A stretch of DNA of 64,000 nucleotides from an uncultured Gemmatimonadaceae bacterium (GTDB lineage: Bacteria > Gemmatimonadota > Gemmatimonadetes > Gemmatimonadales > Gemmatimonadaceae): the NCBI GenBank assembly GCA_963761305.1, contig CAVXGK010000001.1, positions 384,001 through 448,000 of the forward strand, written 5' to 3'. The notes beneath the pieces are model-generated. The model made no database searches and was not told the origin of the DNA. It saw only the letters and a program-made list of their open reading frames with translations. The position numbers were made by a program, and so were the translations under genes. This document shows positions 21,587 through 29,630 of this stretch, one piece after another. Position 1 is the first letter of the stretch. The number at the start of each line of letters is the position of its first letter.

Positions 21587-21868
21587 TTAGGGGGTCCGAT
21601 TGTGAAGGACGGCGAGCACAAGCCCGATGACGGTCGCAATACCGGCTCCGATGTACACGACGCGGACCGGTAATCGCCATCGAGTGCCGGTCACCAGGTT
21701 GCGCGCGGCGCTCGCGGCGATCATGAGGAAGAGGGTCCAGACGAACCAATCCACACGGTGGCCGCGTAGCGCCTGCACGAGAAGGACTGTGGAGAGGCAA
21801 GCCGCGGCGCCGATCTGAAAGATCGCAGATCCGCGGCTTGGACGCGTTTGGAGTTCAGGCGTAGTCAT
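21587..21868 (-). CDS. Small 3-TM membrane protein (gene cassette)
   Basis: Hydrophobic 93 aa; the stop TAA lies in CCCTAAC directly followed by GTTATTC. Confidence 0.6.
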   Translation of the reverse strand: MTTPELQTRPSRGSAIFQIGAAACLSTVLLVQALRGHRVDWFVWTLFLMIAASAARNLVTGTRWRLPVRVVYIGAGIATVIGLVLAVLHNRTP

Positions 21869-21893
21869 GGGCCTTCCGGGATGCGTGAGATCC

Positions 21894-21991
21894 GCCTACC
21901 GCCAAAAGCTAGGCTGCGAACGAAAGCAAAAGAGCGCGTGCGCAGCACGCGCAATCCTCAGATCGTTCGACAGCTTCAACGATCGTCAGGC
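21894..21991 (-). mobile_element. attC site with degenerate cores
   Basis: Minus strand GCCTGAC gatcgttgaagctgtc...cgcagcctagcttttggc GGTAGGC; central palindrome gcgcgtgctgcgcacgcgc. Confidence 0.7.
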
Positions 21992-21992
21992 G

Positions 21993-22526
21993 TCACGGGT
22001 GACGGGACCCCGACATGCCATCGCCAACCCGCTCAAACTCCACCGTCCACTCCGACACGCCTGCGGGGAGGTCGAGCGGCCGCAGCACGAGCCGGTTGCC
22101 AGTTACGGTTGCGAGCCGCGTCCGGCTGGTGCCTATCACCGCAGGCTCGCGATCAGCCTCAATGTGATGGATCACGTATTGTTTCTCTTCATTCGTCTCG
22201 TAGGCGCCACAGTAAGCGACGAGGCCTTCGAAGGCCGAACGGAGTTCGACATCGGTGGGAGAGTTCGGTGCCTTCCACGCTGGTCGGTCGGGATTTGCGA
22301 GGACGACGCACATGTGCCCCGTTGCATCGTACATGATGTAGCCCAAGCCGCGTGCGCCAGGTTGTGGGTCCGGCCGCACGGAACCGTCCGTCAACCGCTG
22401 ACGGGCGGCGACAAGCCGCCATGTACCGACGAGCATTTGGCGCAGCGTCTGCGGGGCTTGCCCACTGAGGCAGGCATCTGGAGTGCACGCGGCAAGTACG
22501 GCCATCACGATGAGCGTGCGTTTCAT
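21993..22526 (-). CDS. Lipocalin-like domain exported protein (gene cassette)
   Basis: LVGTWRLV, GYIMYDATGHM, AYCGAYE, typical of the Lipocalin_5 type. Confidence 0.8.
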   Translation of the reverse strand: MKRTLIVMAVLAACTPDACLSGQAPQTLRQMLVGTWRLVAARQRLTDGSVRPDPQPGARGLGYIMYDATGHMCVVLANPDRPAWKAPNSPTDVELRSAFEGLVAYCGAYETNEEKQYVIHHIEADREPAVIGTSRTRLATVTGNRLVLRPLDLPAGVSEWTVEFERVGDGMSGSRHP

Positions 22527-22549
22527 GTCGATTTCCACTGTGTGCGTAC

Positions 22550-22658
22550 GCCTAACGAGGCTGTAGAAAAACGCCAAAGTTGAGCTGCCGGCGAGTTCAC
22601 AAAAGCGAGCGAAGCGCGCCTACCTTAAATCGCCCGACAGCTTCACCGTCCGTTGGCT
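22550..22658 (-). mobile_element. attC site with a short insertion at the crossover
   Basis: Minus strand AGCCAAC ggacggtgaagctg...cagctcaactttggcGTT tttctacagcctc GTTAGGC. Confidence 0.75.
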
Positions 22659-22769
22659 GGCGCATCGGGATTTGTAACGCCACATCCTAGCACACGGACA
22701 ATGCGTCGCCGCCCGTATCTGGGAGCCGCTCTGGCCGCGAGGAGCGATCCGACGCGTGCAACCTTGTCC

Positions 22770-23216
22770 TTAGCGCCGCCGTCGGGACACGAATCTCCAA
22801 ATGATGAAGATGATCACCAGGATTAGAATGATCACAGGAATTCGATCGCCAATCATTATCGCTCTCCGGGTCGTTGCCGGCGACTCTTGATCTTGCCACG
22901 GCGCCGGCGGAAGGAAGTTCACAAAGAAGAGGAACTCGGCGCCCTCTTTTAGGAAGCGGTCAGTGATCGCCTCGTATTCAACGCGAGTGAACGGCGTTGC
23001 GCCCCATCCGTCGCGATAGAGCACGACGACAAGCCGAGAGCGAGAACGGAATACGGCTCGAAACGACTCCGTCCCATCTGTGCCGGCGAGGTCCTTCTGC
23101 TCCCTCGTGTAGAGAAAGACGCGAAGCCCGTCGATCAGTCGCTGATGGAGCTCGGTGGCAATACCCAAATCCTGATGCACAAACGACATCGCGACATCGA
23201 AGTTAAATTCTGCCAA
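22770..23216 (-). pseudogene. Truncated TIR-domain gene cassette fused to a short TM peptide
   Basis: FNFDVAMSFVHQD..RVFLY..LAGTDG..SRLVVVLYRDGWGATPFTRVEYEAI; homology ends at ~FLFFVNF. Confidence 0.65.
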
Positions 23217-23235
23217 AAGCGGAAGTCCGGTTGCC

Positions 23236-23330
23236 ATCTAACGCGTTAGCTAGCTGCAAAGGAACATATAAACGTGCGCGCGGAGCGCCACAATCAACAG
23301 CTCCTTTGTCAGCTTCAGCGTTCGTTAGGT
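23236..23330 (-). mobile_element. attC site
   Basis: Minus strand ACCTAAC gaacgctgaagctgacaaaggagc...cctttgcagctagctaacgc GTTAGAT; same consensus as the + strand sites. Confidence 0.9.
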
Positions 23331-23357
23331 TGCCGGCGTCGGAAAGGTCGACGGCAA

Positions 23358-23765
23358 TCACTCAACCTCAACGAAAGCTGAAGATGAGGGTGAAGGAGCC
23401 GGGCGCGCGATCCGCAGTGAGACGAGCGCGCACGCGATCGCGAAAAGCGCGAAGACAAACGCGGCTCCGTAGCCCGGTTCGGCTCGAGCGCCGAGGACGA
23501 ATCCCGCGATACTGGCTAAGGCAGTACTTGCCGCGGTCGTTAGTCGACCAGCCGACCTCAAACGGCCGATTAGGAGCAGCGCGAGGCCGAACGCGAGGCC
23601 GACCAAAGAGCCTTCGATTGCGCACACGACGCCTAGCACGAGCATGATGGCGACCGGCGTATGACCCATCGCGACGAACCGCGCGCCGAGCAGAGCGCCG
23701 AGGGCAAACCACGGAACGGCCCACAGCAGAGCGATCGTGAGCACGGATCGAAGTCGGCGGAGCAT
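23358..23765 (-). CDS. 4-TM membrane protein (first cassette of the left array)
   Basis: Hydrophobic 135 aa; cassette ends ggcaacctaac/gttaggttgcc are complementary over 11 bp. Confidence 0.7.
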   Translation of the reverse strand: MLRRLRSVLTIALLWAVPWFALGALLGARFVAMGHTPVAIMLVLGVVCAIEGSLVGLAFGLALLLIGRLRSAGRLTTAASTALASIAGFVLGARAEPGYGAAFVFALFAIACALVSLRIARPAPSPSSSAFVEVE

Positions 23766-23792
23766 TCAGACGTCTTTGCGATGCAGGTGGCA

Positions 23793-23978
23793 ACCTAACT
23801 GTGTTTATACAGGGAGTTTACCCTGCGAACAATCATGCTACGCTGCGAAGCCACCGCCAGATAATCTTCGGCGGCCGGTCGACACCGTGCCGCACATCGT
23901 CGCCGGACAACCACTTGCAGACAACGCTCGAAACGACATGAGAGCGTTATACTGCGAAACTCTTGCAGTATAACGCGC
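23793..23978 (-). mobile_element. attI-like (or long attC) recombination element, left copy
   Basis: Palindrome GCGTTATACTGC-N9-GCAGTATAACGC (23944-23976), TTCGCAG direct repeats, ends CCCTGTATAA-ACACA-GTTAGGT on the minus strand. Confidence 0.6.
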
Positions 23979-24046
23979 ACCGACGCCGTTTGCGCCGGGA
24001 GGACGGCGCACGTCCCGGGCCAACGATCGCCTCCTTCGCGCGGCCG

Positions 24047-24622
24047 TCATTTGCGAACGGCCGCCCTTCTCCGCCTCGGCGCCTCGATCCCCTTCCGCTC
24101 CAACACTGACCGAAACGTCCGCTGCGCCCGAAGGACGTTCGCCCTCACCGCCGCCGTCGTCACTCCGAGCCGCGCCGCGGCACTCTCGTAAGACAGATTC
24201 TCAGTTCGCACCAAGTCGAACGACGCCCGGCATGCCGGCGGTAGCTGCCCCAGCGCCTCGTCGCGGGCCGACTCCAGCTCCGTGGCGTCGAAGCTCGCTT
24301 CGGGATCCATCCACCCGTGCACGCTGCTCTCGAGATCGCGCAAATACTCGCGGTCGCGCTCCATCGAGCGCCGCCGCTGGCGCTTGAGTACCGCAATGCG
24401 CCGCCGCACCAGGCAACAGATGTGCGCGTCGAGCGTGCGATCCCCGATGTCCCATCGCTGCTCTCGCAGCTTCCCTAGACACCACAGCACGACGTCCTGG
24501 GCGGCATCCTCGGCGTCGCACCGCGGCTTGAGCAGTCGCGCCGCGTGCCGGTGCGCGAGAACGTGAATCTCGAGCGCCAACGCGTTCTGTCCCGCTTCCG
24601 TTCCTAGATCGATCCCTTCCAT
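24047..24622 (-). CDS. ECF (sigma-70 group 4) RNA polymerase sigma factor
   Basis: Region 2 DAEDAAQDV; region 4 LGQLPPACRASFDLVRTENLSYESAAARLGVTTAAVRANVLRA. Confidence 0.85.
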   Translation of the reverse strand: MEGIDLGTEAGQNALALEIHVLAHRHAARLLKPRCDAEDAAQDVVLWCLGKLREQRWDIGDRTLDAHICCLVRRRIAVLKRQRRRSMERDREYLRDLESSVHGWMDPEASFDATELESARDEALGQLPPACRASFDLVRTENLSYESAAARLGVTTAAVRANVLRAQRTFRSVLERKGIEAPRRRRAAVRK

Positions 24623-24793
24623 CGCCAGCCCCCCGGTTTGAAGTCCGTTGCGGAGCGCGACGCCGGCGGCGAACCAAAACATCGCGAGGCGTGCCCTCCT
24701 ACTTGGGTCTTATCCGCCGAGGGTGTTTTAGCTATATGGAAAGAATTTTGACAGTTCTCTTAACTCGTCCTAAACGCGGTTAAGCGTTTTGCA

Positions 24794-24881
24794 TTGTCAG
24801 CACGTTGTCAGCACCAGATCGTGCTGACCGTAAGCTGACAATCTCGGGCTATTTTGGACGGTTGCGATATAGTCAAAATGG
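24794..24881. promoter_or_regulatory. Direct and inverted repeat operator cluster in the divergent promoter region
   Basis: TTGTCAGCAC twice, then inverted GTGCTGAC and GCTGACAA; also imperfect ctattttggac..gtcaaaatgg; AT-rich context. Confidence 0.5.
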
Positions 24882-25502
24882 GGTCCGCGGATATAACACT
24901 AGTAGAGGGCCTCGTCTCGCAGGTTTGTTCGGCGGCCTCTCTGGATCCGACGGCCATCAGACCCTTCCACGCATTTCAGGGCTGCCGGCTCCGCGCGCTC
25001 GGATGCGGTTAGTGAACGCGCCGGACGTGCAGGTGAATTCGCCGCACCTGTAAGTGATCGCGGAGAATCGTTGCCGGCATCTGCGCGCAACGGTTTAGCC
25101 GAGCGCCGCATTTGCTCGGTCGAGCGACGATGCGCTTCGCAGTTCACACATAGTAGACCCGGTCGCCACGAGTGCCAGTGCGGCGGTTTGCCGAACCGTC
25201 GTCACGTCCAGGCGACGGGATCGTGCGGCCAGTCGATTCGCGCGCACGCTCGAAACTTCCGCCAAGTGATCGGGAAAGTCCGCGCACAACCGCCGACTTG
25301 ACCGGTACCCGCGGCCAGCTCGCCTGCAATCACGGCGACCACACGCATCGACGCTGTCGGCGAATCACTCGCGTCGATCAACCCATCACCCTCACCACGG
25401 AGGTCATTCCCACGCCCATCCACGCAGTTCCCTCCTCGCTCGGCGCGGCGCCGCCGGCGAACGAGACACTCGACGCGCCAACTCTCTCACACAGGAGACG
25501 CT

Positions 25503-26279
25503 TTGCAAACCAAGCAGGGAAAAATGTTGGAGTCGCTCCGTTCCGTCGAGCAATTCCTCGACGCCAACGCCGACAAGCTCGCCACCGTCGTGAACACCGG
25601 TGCTCGGCAACGCCTCACCGCCGCCATCGCCGCGCTGTCCACCCACGTCAGCGAGCAGACTGGCAGCAACCTCGCGGCGCAGGGCGCCACGCAGAAAAAG
25701 GAGGCACTCCGCCAATCGTTGCTGCGCGATCACATGGCACCGATCGCCCGCATCGCCGCGGCGGACATCCCCAATCTGCCGGAGCTCTCGCCACTCAGAA
25801 TGCCGCGCGGCAAGCCCACTGCCGAGAAGCTCGCCGGCTTCGCGTACGGCATGGGGGCCGCGGCCACGCCGTTCACCGACACGTTCACTACCGCCGGCTT
25901 GCCGGCCGACTTCATCGCGCAGTTGAACGCCGCCGCCGACGCCGTCGTCGGTGTCGTCGCCAACCGCACGAACAGTCGCGGTAAACGCCGAGGTGCCACG
26001 GATGGGCTCAAGGCGAAGCTCACCGAGGGACGCAAGGTCGTGCACATCTTGGACGCGCTCGTCAGAAGTGCGCTCAAGGACGACCCCGCGCTGCTCGGGA
26101 ACTGGAACCTCGTCAAGCGCGTCACGAAGACCGCGCCGAACCGAGTGGCGAGCCCGCCCGCGGCAACCCCGTCGCCGGCGCCTCCGCCAGCACCGGCGAC
26201 AACCCCGTCTCCGGCACCGACGCCAGCGCCAGCGCCGGCTCTTCCGACCATAGAAACGCTGACACCGGCGGTCGGATGA
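25503..26279 (+). CDS. Hypothetical alpha-helical protein with Pro/Ala-rich tail
   Basis: Strong RBS ACAGGAGA before TTG, GC-rich third positions, (PA)n tail. Confidence 0.8.
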   Translation: MQTKQGKMLESLRSVEQFLDANADKLATVVNTGARQRLTAAIAALSTHVSEQTGSNLAAQGATQKKEALRQSLLRDHMAPIARIAAADIPNLPELSPLRMPRGKPTAEKLAGFAYGMGAAATPFTDTFTTAGLPADFIAQLNAAADAVVGVVANRTNSRGKRRGATDGLKAKLTEGRKVVHILDALVRSALKDDPALLGNWNLVKRVTKTAPNRVASPPAATPSPAPPPAPATTPSPAPTPAPAPALPTIETLTPAVG

Positions 26280-26527
26280 GACAGCGCGCTCGCGTTGGTC
26301 CCATCGACGGCTGTCCGCCGCTTCGACGGTTCGGCCCGAACGTCTGGGTCGTGCGTTTCGGCCGGCGCTTCTCGGTGACGGAGGAAGGAACGCGCATTCA
26401 CCTCGTTCCGCCCATTCCGCAGCGCGCCGCGATAGTGCTCGCGCGGGCCCTCGCGCGCGCCAACCGTGGCGACCTGATCGTGCAAAGTCGCCACGGCTGC
26501 ATCCGATTCCGCAGCAGCGAGGGCTGA
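26276..26527 (+). CDS. Small basic hypothetical protein
   Basis: ATGA overlap with the upstream stop; 3 bp before the next ATG. Confidence 0.5.
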   Translation: MRQRARVGPIDGCPPLRRFGPNVWVVRFGRRFSVTEEGTRIHLVPPIPQRAAIVLARALARANRGDLIVQSRHGCIRFRSSEG

Positions 26528-26530
26528 ACG

Positions 26531-26809
26531 ATGCGAACCATCGTTCTCCCCAGCGCCGCCTGGCTCGGCGTGCTCCAGGCATTTGTGCCACCCGGCACGT
26601 ACGGCCTTGGCTTCGAGACGATCTCTCGTCTCGTCGCCATCGCCAGCGTGTTCGGCACGCTCACGGTGATGATCTACCGACTCGGCGTGTGGCACCAGGA
26701 GATGGCGAACACCAAGAACAGCGTGGGCTCGGGCATCGAGCGCATCGAGCGTCGTCTCGAGGCGATCGAGCGGCGGCTGCATTGGCTCGAGACGGAGGAA
26801 GTGCCATGA
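26531..26809 (+). CDS. Holin/XhlA-like membrane protein with coiled coil
   Basis: One TM helix followed by IERIERRLEAIERRL; upstream of an amidase. Confidence 0.55.
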   Translation: MRTIVLPSAAWLGVLQAFVPPGTYGLGFETISRLVAIASVFGTLTVMIYRLGVWHQEMANTKNSVGSGIERIERRLEAIERRLHWLETEEVP

Positions 26810-27246
26810 CTGCGGGTGGACAGGTGGACGGGACCGCGGGTGGACCGGTAGACCGGTGGACCGGTGGACCGGTACTGCAAACGGCGAAACGGATCTCGTT
26901 CGTCGTCCTCACACCGTTGCTCGAGAAGAATGTCATCAAGACGTTGTCGCTCGACGTCCCCGTTGTGTTCTCGATGAGCCGAGTGATCGTGTTGGCGTTC
27001 GCGATCGGAGAGTTGCGGCAGATCTGGCTGGCCGGGATTGCCGGCTGGCCGGAGGCGACGCTGTCGATTGCGATCGTGCTCGCGCTGCCGCTCTTGGGCG
27101 CATTGGAACGTGTCCGTCCCACCGACGTGGTCGAGCTCGCGAAGACGCTCATCACGCGATTCGGTGAGGGCGGCGTGCGCCCCATGCGCAGCGTGTACGA
27201 GCCGGCGGAGCCGTCCAAGTTCGACGATCACCGCAACGACGGATGA
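26806..27246 (+). CDS. Holin-like 2-TM membrane protein
   Basis: FSMSRVIVLAFA..WPEATLSIAIVLALPLL; ATGA coupling on both sides; start uncertain because an octamer repeat fills the 5' end. Confidence 0.55.
   Translation: MTAGGQVDGTAGGPVDRWTGGPVLQTAKRISFVVLTPLLEKNVIKTLSLDVPVVFSMSRVIVLAFAIGELRQIWLAGIAGWPEATLSIAIVLALPLLGALERVRPTDVVELAKTLITRFGEGGVRPMRSVYEPAEPSKFDDHRNDG
26815..26873 (+). repeat. GGTGGACC octamer tandem array
   Basis: ggtggacaggtggacggg...ggtggaccggtagaccggtggaccggtggaccggt. Confidence 0.8.
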
Positions 27247-27812
27247 ACATTCCCGGGATCCCGGTCTCGGACCGTCGTCACTCGCACGTCTTGCAGTCCC
27301 CACTCGCCGTCCCTCGCGCGGGGCTCATGCTCCACTACGACGATTCGTCGCGCGATGACTGGGCGGTCGAGTGGTTTCATGATCCACGGTGCACGAACGG
27401 ATACACCTGGCTGGTGCTCGATGACGGACGCGTCGTCGAGCTGGCCGACCCGGCGTTCCGGACGCCCCATGCGGGACCGTGTCGCACGCCGAACGCGAAC
27501 TCCGCGTTCTACGGCGTCGCCGCGGCGACGAATGGACTCGTGCCCGTGACCAAGCCGCAGCTTGCCGTGATCACGGCGATCTGCGTCGCAGTGCTCAAGT
27601 ATCACGACTGTTTCGGCGATGACTCCGACGGCGCGCTTGATCACCGCCTCGTCGGGCACGACGAACAGGCCATCTGGACGCGAGCCTACACCCCGGACCG
27701 AGCTCTCTGGGGACGCCTCGGCCGCAAGGTCGATCCGCGTGGGCAGCGCCGCGATGGCGAACCGATCCTCGACCTGTCCGCGCTCCGTGCACGGGTGCGC
27801 GAGGCGTTGTGA
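27243..27812 (+). CDS. N-acetylmuramoyl-L-alanine amidase (Amidase_2, endolysin-like)
   Basis: LMLHYD, YTWLVLDDGRVVEL, TPHAG, NANSAFYGV, LVGHDE, RKVDP; no signal peptide. Confidence 0.85.
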   Translation: MNIPGIPVSDRRHSHVLQSPLAVPRAGLMLHYDDSSRDDWAVEWFHDPRCTNGYTWLVLDDGRVVELADPAFRTPHAGPCRTPNANSAFYGVAAATNGLVPVTKPQLAVITAICVAVLKYHDCFGDDSDGALDHRLVGHDEQAIWTRAYTPDRALWGRLGRKVDPRGQRRDGEPILDLSALRARVREAL

Positions 27813-27912
27813 TCGGCGCAGCAACCAGAAGCAACCACAACTGAAGGGCCAGCAGGTACAGACGGTTTCAGGCAGTCAACCCATCACACACATATATAAG
27901 GAAGGGGAGGCA

Positions 27913-27981
27913 ATGATCGATTTGTTCAGCGGTTTCGTCTCGTGCGCGCTCGTGCTCGCCGGTCTCATGAGCTGGGTGTGA
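27913..27981 (+). CDS. 22-aa hydrophobic micropeptide MIDLFSGFVSCALVLAGLMSWV
   Basis: Strong RBS AAGGAAGGGGAGG immediately upstream; stop overlaps the GTG of the next gene; C-terminus matches the 43180..43230 peptide. Confidence 0.6.
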   Translation: MIDLFSGFVSCALVLAGLMSWV

Positions 27982-28766
27982 TCGCGACTCGGAAACGAGG
28001 CATGGGGAGGGGCGCAATCGCGCCCCTCCCCATGCTGGTCGGCGCGCTCGTCGCCGCTCTCATTTTGACCGTGAAGGTCGAAGAGACGCGACTCGCAGCG
28101 CAACGCCGCCGCGCCGCGGCGGCCATTCTCACCGCATCGAACCGCAGCGCCGAGCGTGACACGACGCGCGACGTCGCGCGGACGAACGCGCAGGTAGCAA
28201 AGCTCCTCGGCGATTCCCTGCACTTGGTCGAGAAGCAAGTGGTGCAGACGACGCAGACGCGCGACGCGCTCGACCGCGCGTTGGGTCGCGAGCGCGCGGC
28301 GCATTATGCGGCGACCGCGGTCGTCGATTCGCTCGAGCGCCTCGTCGCGGCGACGGACTCCGTGTCGCGCAATGCGCGAGACGTGCGGGCGGCGAACTTC
28401 AATGTGCGGCAGGCGCCGTACACGATCGTGGCCGAGGTGGAGGTGCCGCCTCCGCCGGATTCGGCTCGGCTGCGCGTGAAGGTAGCGGTCGATCCGATTC
28501 CGATCGAGGCGCGGGTCACGTGTGCGGACGTGGGGAGTGGAGCGCGCGAAGCGAACGTGTCGGTGGAGACGCCGGCGTGGGTGCGCGTAAAACTCGGGAC
28601 GGTCGCGCAGGCGCCTGAGGTTTGTGCGCGGTCGCCGACTCAGAGTGACGCGAGGCGCTTGCCGTGGCTCGCGACTCGGCGGCTGGTGCTCGGCGTCGGA
28701 CGAGCGTGGGGTGTGGATCGGCGCGGGAGGTGGGCGATATTCGTCGGAGCGGGAGTCGCCCTCTAG
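27978..28766 (+). CDS. Spanin-like / lysis accessory protein
   Basis: N-terminal TM helix, coiled coil, beta region, C-terminal amphipathic strands LVLGVGRAWG..WAIFVGAGVAL; last gene of the lysis-like operon. Confidence 0.45.
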   Translation: MIATRKRGMGRGAIAPLPMLVGALVAALILTVKVEETRLAAQRRRAAAAILTASNRSAERDTTRDVARTNAQVAKLLGDSLHLVEKQVVQTTQTRDALDRALGRERAAHYAATAVVDSLERLVAATDSVSRNARDVRAANFNVRQAPYTIVAEVEVPPPPDSARLRVKVAVDPIPIEARVTCADVGSGAREANVSVETPAWVRVKLGTVAQAPEVCARSPTQSDARRLPWLATRRLVLGVGRAWGVDRRGRWAIFVGAGVAL

Positions 28767-28800
28767 CCTGGTCTCTCACGGAGGCTCGGGCGCCAAACAG

Positions 28801-28980
28801 CGCCAACTCGCGCGTTATACTGCGAGATTTCGCAGTATAACGCGCGGGGTTCGACGGACCGCCCTCGTAAGTGATTGTCAGTGCGAGACGTGTCCGCGGC
28901 GCTTGCCCGGCATCGGAATATTATCCAACATTCTTTGCTCATTTTCGCAGCATAACGTCCCCGTATAATTGGCGTTAGCC
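28801..28980 (+). mobile_element. attI-like (or long attC) recombination element, right copy
   Basis: Perfect 17-bp-arm palindrome CGCGCGTTATACTGCGA-gatt-TCGCAGTATAACGCGCG, repeat TTTTCGCAGCATAAC, ends CCCCGTATAA-TTGGC-GTTAGCC. Confidence 0.6.
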
Positions 28981-29005
28981 GGCCATCACGCATCACTCAA
29001 TCGTC

Positions 29006-29533
29006 ATGAACCGCAATCAGGCACTGCTGCGCCACTTTCTTGCCGCGATTGCATATCGAACCGCGAAGGCGTTGCGCGACGCACCGGCCGCCTACGCGGC
29101 GTTTCAGCCGGGTAATGAGGTACGCGCGCCACGCCAATTGGTTCGCCACATGAGCGGTGTGCTGAACTACGCGGTCGGGCTCCTGAGTGAGCCGCGTGAC
29201 GTACTAACCGACTGCGCGACGTACGCGGCCGAGGTTGAGCGCCTTTTCGCCACGCTCCGCGAACTCGCGGATATGATTCGGCGCACGCCGAACCTCCCGG
29301 ACGTGATTGCCGAGCAGCTCCTTCAGGGCCCGCTCGCCGATGCGATGGCGCACGCAGGACAACTGGCACTCCTACGGCGATTAAGCGGCAGCCCCATCCC
29401 GCCGGAGAACTTCTTCGTCGCGGCGATTCATCCCGATCGCCTTGGCCTTGACCAGGTGGAGGCGCGTAGTCCCGATGCGCAATGGCCGGAAGCGCCAGAT
29501 GGTTGGTCGGACCGGCCGGCTAACGAACGCTGA
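29006..29533 (+). CDS. DinB-like protein (first cassette of the right array)
   Basis: LLRHFLAAIAYRT, LVRHM, QLLQGPLADAMAHAGQL; stop inside attC; cassette ends gttagccggcc/ggccggctaac are complementary. Confidence 0.8.
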   Translation: MNRNQALLRHFLAAIAYRTAKALRDAPAAYAAFQPGNEVRAPRQLVRHMSGVLNYAVGLLSEPRDVLTDCATYAAEVERLFATLRELADMIRRTPNLPDVIAEQLLQGPLADAMAHAGQLALLRRLSGSPIPPENFFVAAIHPDRLGLDQVEARSPDAQWPEAPDGWSDRPANER

Positions 29534-29615
29534 AGCCGACAAAGGGGCTATTGAATACGCTCGCTGCGCGAGCGTTCTTATATGATCCCTTTGCAGCTTA
29601 GCTATGGCGTTAGCT
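29518..29615 (+). mobile_element. attC site
   Basis: GGCTAAC gaacgctgaagccgacaaagggg...ccctttgcagcttagctatggc GTTAGCT; central palindrome acgctcgc..gcgagcgt. Confidence 0.92.
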
Positions 29616-29630
29616 GGACGTCCGACATCC

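Noticed and set aside
24047..28766. Intact prophage
   Set aside because: No integrase, terminase, portal, capsid, tail or replication gene in the window
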